Below, in pieces: positions 1 to 11,031 of a stretch of DNA of 64,000 bases. Source of the DNA: Octopus bimaculoides (Eukaryota). Location of the stretch: assembly GCF_001194135.2 (NCBI RefSeq), contig NC_068983.1, positions 20,443,687 to 20,507,686 of the forward strand, in the 5' to 3' direction. Made by a program: the position numbers and the translations under genes. The notes below the pieces were generated by a model that was not told where the DNA came from, searched no databases, and was given only the letters and a program-made list of their open reading frames with translations. Every line of letters begins with the position of its first letter. The stretch's first letter is position 1.

Positions 1-151
1 ATTTATAGCAGGAGGGGATTAGTCGATTACCTCGAGTCCAGTGTTTCACTGTATCGGCCTCAGCAGAATTTGAAAACAAAACGTAAAGACGGACGAAATA
101 ACGCTTAGCATTTTGCTCGGCGTGCTAACGATTCTGCCAGGTCACCGCCTT
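1..151 (-). mobile_element. SINE family A copy (tRNA-like head, internally deleted)
   Basis: Matches other window copies: ...GCATTTTGCTCGGCGTGCTAACGATTCTGCCAGGTCACCGCCTT is the reverse complement of the family head AAGGCGGCGAGCTGGCAGAATCGTTAGCACGCCG. Confidence 0.85.
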
Positions 152-182
152 CAACAATAATAATAATAATAATAATAATAAT

Positions 183-395
183 AGCTTCAAATTTTGCCAC
201 ACGGGCAGCAGTTTGGAGGAAGGGGATGAATCGATTACATTGACCCAGTGTTTAACTGGTACTTATTTTACCGACCGCGAAAGGATGAACTGCAAAGTCG
301 ACTTCGGTGGAATTTGAACTCAGAACGTAGCGACAGGCGAAATACCGCCAAGCATTTCGTCCGGCGTGCTAATGATTCTGCAAGCTAGCCGGTTT
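183..395 (-). mobile_element. SINE family A copy with (ATT)n tail
   Basis: B box (plus strand GGAATTTGAACTC), central GAAAGGATGAA/AAAGTCGAC module and head all present. The tail merges into (AAT)n at about 155-182. Confidence 0.9.
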
Positions 396-504
396 AACAA
401 TAATGAAAATCATAATAATGGTTTCTTAATTGGCCACAAGGGCCGTATATAATAATAATCATAATAATAATGATAATAATGATAATAATATTAATAATAA
501 TAAC

Positions 505-660
505 AACAGTTTCTGATTTAGGTGCAAAATGAAAGGTAGGAGTCAGTTGATGCTAGCAATTGACTGGTACATTATTTTATCGATCCAGAAAAGATGAAAA
601 CAAAATTGACCTCTTCTGGATTTGAAACTAGAACATAAAGAGCTTGAACAAATACCTCAT
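505..660 (-). mobile_element. Degenerate SINE family A copy
   Basis: ACTGGTACATTATTTTATCGATCC...GATTTGAAACTAGAAC resembles the family A core. Confidence 0.6.
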
Positions 661-2058
661 CACGAGTTTGCCAATCTCCAACCATTTATAGCAGTTACAA
701 CAAATAAATTAACAAAAATGCAAATATATAGAGTGGCACTCCTGTCAGAGAATAGTTGAAGAACAAGATTGTACCGTACCGCCGTTATTTTTTTTTTGAT
801 AACCATAAAGAAAACTTAGCATCAGAATAAGTAAGGCAATTTAGAGAGCCCCTACGTATGGCCACTTGATTTATGACTTTTAGCAACTGAAGTACCCTCA
901 GTCTTGGAAAGTAATATACATTAGGAAATTTGATACTAGACACAATCTTAAGCATGGTCATAATGCATTTGAAATAAAGAATATATCAAAATTAAACAAC
1001 CTCAGTTTCGTGAGGTGCTAATAATCATGCTGAATGGTTGCCATCAAATATAGTTTGTCCCTGACCGTAGTTGAAACTAACTTTTAGTAAAAGAAATTTT
1101 TAATGCTCTGTGCAAGAGATATATCCACGTCATCCTAGTTTGCTGTTGCCCATCCCGTCTAAGTATTTCAATGTTGTGTTATTCTAGTTCTTTTTCTTCA
1201 TAAACATACAAATGCTAAGTTTTATACATTTACACAGCGGTCGTTTCGTTTCATCACTCCTTCAACTATTTTGAAGGAGATTAATTTGCTGAGGAGGTCA
1301 GAGTACTATCAAAACCTGTCCAGAATATTTTTTATCTTTTAGTCAAGATGAAAGAGAGGGCTCGTGACTCTTTATAGGGCCTTCACGATTAGAGGGAAAA
1401 TAGAGTTATACTCAAAAGAGATCTGGCTTATATGCTTGGAAGAAACTGGCGTCCGCTCAATGAACAATAGATACCGAAAGTGGCGGTGTTATTCCCAACA
1501 ACGAATAAAGTCTACCATTTCTTGTACTAGTTGGAAAATTGAAACTGTATTGTTCTTTTCCTCGTTACTTATTTAATTTAATTACATTTTTAATTATCTC
1601 TCGCATAAAGTGTGTTAACATCGACTTTATTAGTATGTAGTATTATTTACTACAATGTTTTACAGAAATTCTCTTAATATTCTTAACTAGTACAGCTAAT
1701 TAGAATCATAGATCATAGAAAAGCTTTACAAGTCTGTATTAGTGAAAATTCTTAAGTGTGTGTGTGTGCGTGTTTGAATTGCTTTGCTTCCTGCTTCTTG
1801 AAGATAACTTTCAATAGCACTGCGTCAAACAGCAGACATGTTTCAACAGCTTCGACAACGTTAGTACAGCAATAAACTGCTTATTAATGAAATATGGAAT
1901 GGATATCACGAATACAAAATAAAGAAAGCTTGAGGCATGAGAGATATAATGATTACTTCGATTAGCATGCATACATATATATATATAAACATAAACATAT
2001 ACATATATATATGTGTGTGTGTGTTTATATATATATATATATATATATAAACACACAG

Positions 2059-2089
<31 letters not shown>

Positions 2090-2311
2090 GTGAAGGTGCA
2101 TATGCATATCTCAGTGGTTAGAGTGTCGGAATCACAATCAAGAGTTAGTGAGTTCGATTCTGGACCGGGCCGTGTGTTGTGTTCTTGTGCAAAACACTCT
2201 ATTTTACGTTGCAGCAGTTCACTCAGCTGCAGAAATGAATTGCGACGTCACTGGTGCCGACCTATATCGACCTTTGCCTTTCTCTTGGATAACATCGGTG
2301 GCGTGAAGAAC
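2090..2311 (+). mobile_element. SINE family C (tRNA head GTGAAGG..CTCAGTGGTTAGAG, B box GAGTTCGATT, CTTG-GCAAAACAC core)
   Basis: A and B boxes visible. The core is shared with copies at about 5275, 20210, 27627, 38385 and 41860. Confidence 0.8.
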
Positions 2312-2462
2312 TTTCGAGGTTCAATCCCATTGTCATTCATGTCCGTAGGGGTCTTTACTCTTATACACACACACACAGGTATATACTTGTATGTATGATG
2401 TATGTGAGTGTGTATAATAGAATTTTCAGGAGGTTTTTTTGGATTAAGTTTGAAAGATTATT

Positions 2463-2675
2463 CTTTTGTACTCTAGGCACGAGCCCCGAAATTTCGGGGG
2501 ATGAGGCCGGTCGATTAGATCGACTCCAGTGCACAACTGGTACTTAATTTATCAACCCCCGAAAGGATAAAAGGCAAAGTAGATTTCGGCGGAATTTGAA
2601 CTCAGAACACAAAGACAGACAAAATACTGCTAAGCATTTTGCCCGGCGTGCTAACGTTTCTGCCAGCTCGCCGCC
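2463..2675 (-). mobile_element. Full-length SINE family A with perfect 18-bp target-site duplication
   Basis: TAAGTTTGAAAGATTATT at both 2445-2462 and 2676-2693. Confidence 0.95.
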
Positions 2676-2731
2676 TAAGTTTGAAAGATTATTATTATTA
2701 GATATTATGATCATTATTGTTACTGAATTAA

Positions 2732-3870
2732 AAGCGGTGAGCTGGCAGAAGCGTCAGAGCGTCAGAAAATATGACTTGCATAATTTCTTTCGGCTAGGTA
2801 TATTTTGATTTCAAATCCTACCTAGGTTTAGCTTTACCGTTCATCCCTTCGAGTAGATAGAACCGAATTCGAGTGAAATATTACGGTAGCCGACTACCGT
2901 AAATCCTCGAGTATAGTCCACCCATGAGTATAAAACGCAGGGGATTTTTAGGCGGCTGTATCTCTGAAAAACCTAAACCTTGTGTATAATACGCACCCCT
3001 TCTCTAACTTGAGTCAGGGACGTCTATATAACGTCCTTGGTTTGTAAACATACATACGGTAACGTCCTTTATTATTATTGTATATATAACATAATGCAAA
3101 CATGTAGCTTTTTTGTGCCCTGTTACCATGCTCTTCAGCATATGATATAACTTCAAGTTTAAACATAACTGAATAAGATCCACGAGGCATTTTATGGGCA
3201 TGTAATGTATGAAATGTTTTATTGGAGATTAATGGACAGGTTTATGTCCCGCTTATAAAAAAACCCTGGTGAAGACCCACAGTAGTTAAAACATTTAATA
3301 CCGGTATTTAATTAAGTATCTATTATTTTCCACGGTAATGATGCAAACTGCCAATACAAACAGTAGGATGAACTATTTAGCGCTAAACTATTAAGCACAA
3401 TTCGTGCGTAATTAAGCCAGCAGCACCTAGTCGAACAAACATTTCCGCGCATGCGTAATACAATAATGGTGATGTTCTTAACTGTAATATGAGAATGTAA
3501 ATATGCTTGCAAATTGTTTTTGTTACATGTTATTCTGTGTTCTGAATACTTTTATTTTGATAAATGTTGCTTACTGCAAGTTATGGATGATTCTTTTATG
3601 ACTTCATTGCTTTCAGGCTTAGCTTCATGTATTTTCGCGCCCGACATCACAAAATGCGTCTGAATAAACATTGCCGGACAGCAAATAGAGACTCGGACAT
3701 TGCTTAGAAAATATTTTTCCTTTTTAACCTCGTATATAGTACGCACTAGGGATTTTGACCTTTAAACTTTGGGAAAAAAATGCGGATTATACTCGAGGAT
3801 TTACGGTAACCCCTTTCCAACAAATTTCAAGCCTTGTGCTTATATTACAAAAGATTATTATCATTATTAT
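2732..3870 (+). mobile_element. SINE family A copy split by a DNA-transposon insertion (5' part 2732-2894, 3' part 3809-3870)
   Basis: Head GCGGTGAGCTGGCAGAA at 2733. The 3' tail ACCCTTTCC..AAATTTCAAGCCTTGTGC..ATTATT resumes immediately after the MITE. Confidence 0.7.
2895..3808. mobile_element. pogo/Tigger-like non-autonomous DNA transposon (MITE) with TA TSD
   Basis: TA+CCGTAAATCCTCGAGTATAGTCC at 2895 and GGATTATACTCGAGGATTTACGG+TA ending at 3808. The TIRs are near-perfect and there is no transposase ORF. Confidence 0.9.
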
Positions 3871-3871
3871 A

Positions 3872-4150
3872 AACTCAAATTCCGTCGCGGTCGACTTTGC
3901 CTTTTATCCTTTCGGAGCCGATGAAATAAGTACCAGCCAAATAGTGGGGTCGACTAGCACCCTCCCACAATATTTCAGGCTTTGTGCCTATAGTACGAAA
4001 AATCATTATCATCATTCCGCCGATGCCGACTTTGTCTTTCATTCTTTCGCGGTCGATAATATGAGTGCCGCTTAAGTACTGGGGTCGATGTAATCGACTA
4101 TCCCTTTCCCAATTTTCAGGCATTGTACCTATAGTACAAAGGGTTAATAA
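3872..4150 (+). mobile_element. Two 5'-truncated SINE family A copies in head-to-tail tandem
   Basis: Each has GACTTTG-CTTT-AT-CTTTCG..GTCGAT and a TTTCAGGC-TTGT-CCTATAGTA tail followed by an (ATC/AAT)n repeat. Confidence 0.85.
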
Positions 4151-4192
4151 TAATAATAATAATAATAATAATGATGATGATGATGATGATAG

Positions 4193-4415
4193 TAAAGGCA
4201 AGCTGGCAGAATTGTTAGCACGCCAGGCGAAGCGCTTAGTGGTATTTCGCTCGTCGCTACGTTCTGTGATCAAATTCCACCGACGTGGACCTTGCCGTCC
4301 ATCCTTTCGGGGTCGATAAATTAAGTACTGGTTGTGTACTAAGGTCGATGTAATCGACTAGTCCCCTCCCTCCCAAATTGCAGGCCTTGTACCATTAGTA
4401 GAAATTATTTTTATT
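4193..4415 (+). mobile_element. Full-length SINE family A
   Basis: Head GGCAAGCTGGCAGAATTGTTAGCACGCC, core GGGGTCGATAAATTAAGTAC and tail AAATTGCAGGCCTTGTACC. Confidence 0.9.
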
Positions 4416-5004
4416 ATGCTAGTAACATAAAATCAATACGAAATGCATACCGCTATTTAGTTACGGCCCTTCTTATTTTTTATATCATTCTTACTGATAC
4501 TGATGTTGACTTTAAATTTTATGCTTCCGGGGTCAATAAGATAAACCCTAATCAAGTATTGGGTATACTTATGTCGAATTAACTCCCTCTCAGTAAATAT
4601 ATGGCCCTATGCCAGTGGCTTTCTTATTAATATTTTTTTCTTTTTTATTGTTAGTTTTTGTATTTAAAGTTGTTTGTAATGACTATGCCGAGGTGACATT
4701 AATCACAATCCCGCTATAAGTATTGACTTTGTTATCATTAGATTTACAACTAGTAGCGGATTCTTGATGTTTCGAGGATTTTAAGTGAAGCTTTTGACCT
4801 TCCAGTTGAAGTAAGTACTCTAAAGATCCGAGCTGTCAATCGGCATTAAAACGTGCATCATCGGCCAAAGTGTGAACCTGTCAGAGTTGGCAGATACGCA
4901 CGGAAAACGTCAATGGCTTTCTCACAATTTGCAGTGCTTTAATTCTCACTTGACGTGAAACAACGTTACATCTGCAAACGATGAGAAGGTTATTACATGG
5001 TCGC

Positions 5005-5170
5005 AATATCTGTTACAAATAGAAGCCAATCTTCCTTCAATCCCACACAACTTCCTTCTATAATACGTAGAACATATAATCGTGGATATCCCCAAAAGAC
5101 ATGATGGTCGCGGTGGAAGCGTTCTTGAACATTGGTATGGTAGATCATGTATGGCCTATGGCTAAACAGC
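5005..5170 (+). repeat. Interspersed repeat family F (unclassified)
   Basis: Motifs AAATAG-AGCCAA-TCT and GATGGTCGCGG-TGGAA recur at about 8935, 39665(-), 46520(-), 54770 and 60515. Confidence 0.5.
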
Positions 5171-5274
5171 AGTAAAATTTTTGTTGTATCAAGATTAGTG
5201 ACAGCCATACTTATTTTATTAGTATCTATGAAATGAAGTCTTAAACATATACTATAGTATACAAGGATGTTAAT

Positions 5275-5470
5275 GCGCTGATCTAGTGGTGAGGATTTTC
5301 TATTCACGTTCGCAAGATCATAGTTTCGATTCTCGGACTAGGTGATGCATTGTGTCCTTGAGCAAAACACGTCATTTCCTACCAGCTGTAAATGATTAAC
5401 TCTTTAACGGACTTGCACTCCGTTCTGGGAAAATGAACTGATCTCGGTTATTTATGCGCCATGAACACCA
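5275..5470 (+). mobile_element. SINE family C-like copy
   Basis: CTAGTGG (A box), GTTTCGATTCTC (B box) and TGTGTCCTTGAGCAAAACAC core. Confidence 0.65.
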
Positions 5471-5785
5471 GTTAATCTTATGAGTCCTAAGACTCATAAG
5501 ATTATGAGTCCTTAAGACTCGAGACATATATATATATATANNNNNNNNNNNNNNNNNNNNNNNNNNNNNNNNNNNNNNNNNNNNNNNNNNNNNNNNNNNN
5601 NNNNNNNNNNNNNNNNNNNNNNNNNNNNNNNNNNNNNNNNNNNNNNNNNNNNNNNNNNNNNNNNNNNNNNNNNNNNNNNNNNNNNNNNNNNNNNNNNNNN
5701 NNNNNNNNNNNNNNNNNNNNNNNNNNNNNNNNNNNNNNNNNNNNNNNNNNNNNNNNNNNNNNNNNNNNNNNNNNNNNNNNNNNNN

Positions 5786-5830
<45 letters not shown>

Positions 5831-6404
5831 TCCGAATTTGTGTAAATGCGAATAGAATAATATATCAATTGAATAAATTTAAAACATGGTCTGTTTTCCA
5901 TGTTTTTAATTAGGGTATTTTGAAAAAAATATTTTGTTTACAATGTTGAAGTGTATATATAAGAGAATATAAGGGCTATTTAGTCTCTCGCTGTCATTCC
6001 TTGATTGAATACATAAATATTTTTTCGTGGAGTGAAAATATTGCGTTTGTGTATAAAATAAATCTTCAGCGGTCTCATTAATAAATGTTCCAGTAATTCA
6101 GCTGAACTGTAATGTTGAGTATACCACAAACTGCTGTACCTTTAACGTAGGCAGATTGACTGATGGTGGGGATCAAAAGACTGTTTGAATAACTGGTAGG
6201 CTAAACCCGAAAGCTTTCCGAACCAAACGCTTACTCAATTTCAATCGTAAAGTTTGAAACAACCCCAAGCTTATAGTAGAAGATCCTTACATAAGGTGCT
6301 GTGTATTGAACAAGGAACCTCAATATTGTTTAACATTCTTCTTGGAAAGAGTATGAAGTCGTACTTAATACTGTATTACAGTCCAAGAATCATTGATTAA
6401 TCAT

Positions 6405-6845
6405 AATTAGCTCAAATTTCGGCACTAATTCAGCAGATTTGAAGGGAAAGTGTTAGTCATCTACATCGCCTTTAGTAGTTTATCAGCTTGCGAACTCGGG
6501 CAGGATTTGAGTTCAGAATGTAAAAACTGTGAATGAATGCCGCAAGATATTTTGTTCTACGTGTTAATGCTTCTTATTTCTTTATTTCCCACAAGGGCTA
6601 AACATAGAGGGGACAAACAAGGAGAGACAAAGGGATTAAGTCGATTGCATCGACCCCAGTGCGTAACTGATACTTAATTTATCGAACCCGAAAGGATGAA
6701 AGACAAAGTCGACCTCGGCGGAATTTGAACTCAGGACGTAACGGCAGACGAAATGCCGCTAAGCATTTCGCCCGGCGTGCTAACGTTTCTGCCGGCTCAC
6801 CGCCTTCCACGTTTTAATGTTTCTACCAACTCACCACGCCTTGAA
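6405..6845 (-). mobile_element. Old SINE family A copy interrupted by a young copy
   Basis: Tail and B box (GATTTGAGTTCAGAA) lie left of the insert. The head (TTCTACCAACTCACCACGCCTT) lies right of it. Confidence 0.6.
6575..6808 (-). mobile_element. Young SINE family A (GAAATAA-type tail) with 16-bp TSD
   Basis: CpG-rich, little-decayed sequence. TSD ACGTGTTAATGCTTCT (6559-6574) versus ACGTTTTAATGTTTCT (6809-6824). Confidence 0.9.
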
Positions 6846-7707
6846 ATTACATTCATGAAGCTTCAAGCTTGTATGGGGTACTGACTCCATGTGCAAGGCA
6901 AGCGCTTCTGTGCAAAGCACGCATTAATCATCTTGACAAATGACCTATGTTCGCAATTATTATCATAATGTAGTTTGATTTAAAGAAAAAAAAAATGAAA
7001 CACTGCAACAGCATTCGTAAAGACTAAGTTTGAACATTTTCATCGGGATCTTGACTGCGAGGCTTAAATATTTGCTTTAATAATCACCGTATCAACCCAC
7101 TGAAAATCAGAGATAAGGAGGTGATCAATTTCCTATTCTAAATTGTGTCTTAATTATCTTATGCCTTCAGTGTCTTTAAGCACCTTCCCTAATTTAAAAA
7201 CTCGCGATTAGAACAGTTGTATGTCTGTAATACCTCCTGTTGATGTAGATTTAAAATAGATAACGATAATAATGTATTTAAGGATTATGCTATAGTTGTT
7301 TCACGTATTCGAGAGAGGTTACAACAGTTTTTTTCCATTTTCTTTCAGTTTCTCTCTGTAGACACACGCTCTCTCGCTCACAAATACACACCTACATACG
7401 CGCGCTTTATATTCATGTATTTATTATCAGAGATCAAATTATAAATATACAACATAGTATTATCAGTATGGCAAGCAAAATAGAAATATATAGATGTGTG
7501 TATCAACAATAATAAATGGACAAACATATAACCAAACAAAGAAATGTGAGAAGTAGTCTAACTAAAACATCTGCAGAAATTGGCTTACCTTGAAATCAAC
7601 GGTTTTGCATAAATAAAAATTCCCCGAATCACATGATTATCGTACAAATTCGCAAACGCTTGGTTTTGTAAGTGCTAATCAGAAAAAAAAAACTAGCAAC
7701 AGTAATC

Positions 7708-8045
7708 TTACCTTTCACAAGCTTCAGGTTTAGGAGCGCGGCCATGCTGGGGCACCACTTTGAAGGATTTAGTCAAACAAATTGTCCCCATTACTTATAC
7801 TGTCTCATTTTGCCTGGCTGGGGAGCGAAACAAACCCTTGGCAATTGTCAAGCTGTGGGAGAGGACAAACACAAGCACGAACACACACATAGAGATTTAT
7901 TCATACACGACGGGTTTCTTTCAGTTTCCGTCGGCCACATCCACTCACAAAGCTTTAACCGGCCCGAGGATATAGGAGAAATCACTAGCCCAAGGAGCTG
8001 AACCATAGTGAGACTGAAATAGGTCACATAGTTGGGAAGCAAGCT
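7708..8045 (-). mobile_element. SINE family B copy (degenerate)
   Basis: GGCCATGCTGGGGCACC tail, TTCTTTCAGTTTCCGTC and GCCCAAGG core. Confidence 0.8.
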
Positions 8046-8261
8046 TTTTATGATGCAATTTCACCTGTAAAAATATTAGGTAAAGAATATATTGTAGAAT
8101 CTCTTGAAGTGATTCTATCAATAGCAACGAAATTTCCAGCAAATCACACAGTACCTGCTAAAAATAGCAGCTCAATCTCTAATTTTTGCGGCACAGTTGT
8201 AAATAGATTATCAAATGGCAAATATTAGCACCTACCCGACAAAAAATACTACTTTAAAAAA

Positions 8262-8592
8262 TCTTCTTTATAGCTTACGTACTTCAGTTATTGGACAACG
8301 GCCACGCTGGGTACCGCCTTGAGAAGTTTAATCGAACAAATCGACTCCAACAATTATTTTTTTCAAATATACTTCGTATTCTATTCGTCTGTTATCGAAC
8401 AGCTATGTCATGGAAGAGTTAGTAAACCAACACTGGTTGTCAAGCGATAATGGTGGAAAAACACAACACAATACAGACATAAAGACACACACTCGCGCAG
8501 AGAAACACACATGCACAAATGTACACACACACACATACAGACATACAGACGCAGAGACACATATACACAGGCAGAGAGACACACATACACAA

Positions 8593-8665
<73 letters not shown>

Positions 8666-8811
8666 TTCTTTCAGTTTCCGTCTACCAAATCTGCTTACAA
8701 GGCTTTGGTCTGTTTATAGTAAAAATACATGCCCAAGGTATTGTAGAGTGGCACTGGACCCAAAACAACACGGGTGGGAAGCAAGTTTCTTAACCACACA
8801 GCCACGCCTGC
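8262..8811 (-). mobile_element. SINE family B with expanded internal (CA)n
   Basis: Head ..GCAAGTTTCTTAACCACACAGCCACGCCTGCG, TTCTTTCAGTTTCCGTCTACCAAATC and GGTTGTCAAGCGAT. Confidence 0.85.
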
Positions 8812-8934
8812 GTCTATTAGTGAAAAAGATAATTGAAATTTATTAGACCTGCTAAATGTATATTCTCATTTTTGTAATCTTCACAGCAGCTCTTCGTGTG
8901 AAAAGACTACTGTGTATATATGAAAGACTTTGCG

Positions 8935-9055
8935 TTAGATAATTTAGTCCTAAACACCACGAAATAGATGGGGGAGTAACGGCTGGAATCCTTTTGATCA
9001 TCGGTCAGCTAAAATCAAAGTTGACATGAGGCCAAGCTGAAATAACAAAATCTTT
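8935..9055 (+). repeat. Repeat family F, 3' fragment
   Basis: ACGGCTGGAATCCTTTTGATCAT..GAC-TGAGGC matches the end of the copy at 5100-5170. Confidence 0.45.
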
Positions 9056-9755
9056 ATTTTTCTTTATATTTTTTCAAGAAGTCAAAACGTATGAGACAGC
9101 TCATGAAACACAGCCAGACAAGTCACGGTTCGTTATCTAGTTGAACCCACATATCGCCTTATGAAGTTTAAGAAAATACATCGTGTTGATAAGTACACGA
9201 CATTCGCTGTTGAGGAATATTGAAATTAAAATTAATGAGGACGTTAGTGATGAATTTTCCATTGATTTGTCTTAAGGTCATCGAGAAATATCAAAATGAA
9301 ACATAAAATTGTCAGTTTTGAGACAACACGCAGACCCCCGTTCACGTACTGGCTCACCTCCACATAATTACACTTAGACACAAATTCACACAAATATGTG
9401 GAGCTTCCCTCACACATACATTTTGATATGTACCTACTTATATATTTTCACTAAATACGCATTAGCTGTGTTTATTTGCCTCCTGCTCTATATGCTGACA
9501 CATACGAAATATGTGTGTACACGAGTATACACATGAAAGTTCCATGATGGATGGGAGGCATATGTCAACGTGGGTGTTAATATCTCTGGAAAACTGTTTA
9601 AAGAGGCACCTATCGCTGTCACAACTGTGCACAAGAATTTAGAGTCTCTAGTTGGATTGAAAAGTCATATAACTGCTTCTCATGTTTAAAACGAACCAAC
9701 GAAATATCGTGTTGCAGCCACCATACACACGCATGCGCATACATACATGTACAAT

Positions 9756-9915
9756 ACTGGTTGTTCCCTCGTGGTCAAGGAAGACCATCATTGACCACTA
9801 ACAACGCTGTGCACTTATCCAAAATTACGCTTTACACTTGTGGCTGTGCCGGTGACTAACGAGCCCAGTTTGTGATTTAACGTACTCGTTCGCAGAGACT
9901 TCTGACGAAACTTTC
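9756..9915 (-). mobile_element. RTE-type LINE 3' end relic (C-terminal C2H2-like motif plus short 3' UTR)
   Basis: The minus strand reads FVRSLCERV-(1-nt frameshift)-KSQTGLVSHRHSHKCKA*, then ATGATGGTCTTCCTTGACCACGAGGGAACAACC. This resembles the C..C.R.C.S..GL.SH.R.H end and tail of RTE elements. Confidence 0.6.
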
Positions 9916-10468
9916 CTTATTTACTTAACTGGCTGTACGCTTCGAGTTGCTCGCTTAGAGAAACGAGACATGCAACATAAAGAGTATACCCCTTCGTCAG
10001 TTGTCCGTGTTTCATCTACTCTGCGTTTCGAAGGCAAGGACAATATGCGACTTCGTTGAAACAGTCCTTCCCGCAAAGCAAATTAATTAAAATTTGGGAT
10101 TTTTTTGAAGAGGGTGAAAGTGTTAACAAGAACAGGACAGTGAGAACAAGACAGTAAAAACAAACGGTGAGGGCTGTTGAGCCAAGACGATATACATACA
10201 CACACATACACATATATGTATACGTGTGTGTGTATATATTTATGTATGCATATAAGATTATATATGTGTGAATGAGTGCATACACGCGCATTTGTAATTA
10301 CTTCCGGTTGTATCGCACGTATAATGACTTGTCTTTATTTACATTTAGAAATTTATGAGCGCGTGTATTTACGTGTGTGTAATCGTTTATACGTGAACAT
10401 ACGTAGTCGATATGAGTGTATGTGCGTATGTGTGCCTGTATGTGTGTGTGTGTGCGTGCGTGACAGTG

Positions 10469-10526
<58 letters not shown>

Positions 10527-10542
10527 AGTGGCTATGTATGTA

Positions 10543-10573
<31 letters not shown>

Positions 10574-10965
10574 NNNNNNNNNNACCGGTTTCCGTCATTG
10601 AGACATTTTCAACTGTAAATATGGAAAACAATTAAATTTTGGAAAAATTAAAAGAGAAAATTTTTTAAAAAGAATGTGTATAGGCTGAAACACATAAATA
10701 AATAAATAAATAGTATTCAAATACAAGGGCCATTTTCCTTGTGTCTGCTTGTCTCTGTCTCTCTTGTTTTCTCTTAATATATATATATATATATTTAAAC
10801 TCTGGACGTGTGAGTGTTCAGCGAGAAGACAGAGCGAAAAAAGAAAAACTTAACCAAATAGACAATCAACAGCACACATTACTATTACTACTATTCACCA
10901 GTGTTTACAATTCATTCTTTCACCTTGTGACTCCTCGTGTGAGCTTCTAGGCCACGAAAAGCAAT

Positions 10966-11031
10966 ATGACTTACTAAACCAGCACGTGATGTAGCTGAGA
11001 AACTACATCACGTGCTGGTTCAATAAGTCAT
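10966..11031. other. Near-perfect 29-bp inverted repeat with 8-nt loop (pre-miRNA-sized hairpin)
   Basis: ATGACTTACTAAACCAGCACGTGATGTAG-CTGAGAAA-CTACATCACGTGCTGGTTCAATAAGTCAT has 27 of 29 positions paired. Confidence 0.9.

Noticed and set aside
7589-7674. Minus-strand exon candidate (HLQNQAFANLYDNHVIRGIFIYAKPLIS) with AAG|GTAAGC donor
   Set aside because: The sequence looks like a repeat fragment beside a SINE, the peptide is unrecognisable and nothing else supports it.
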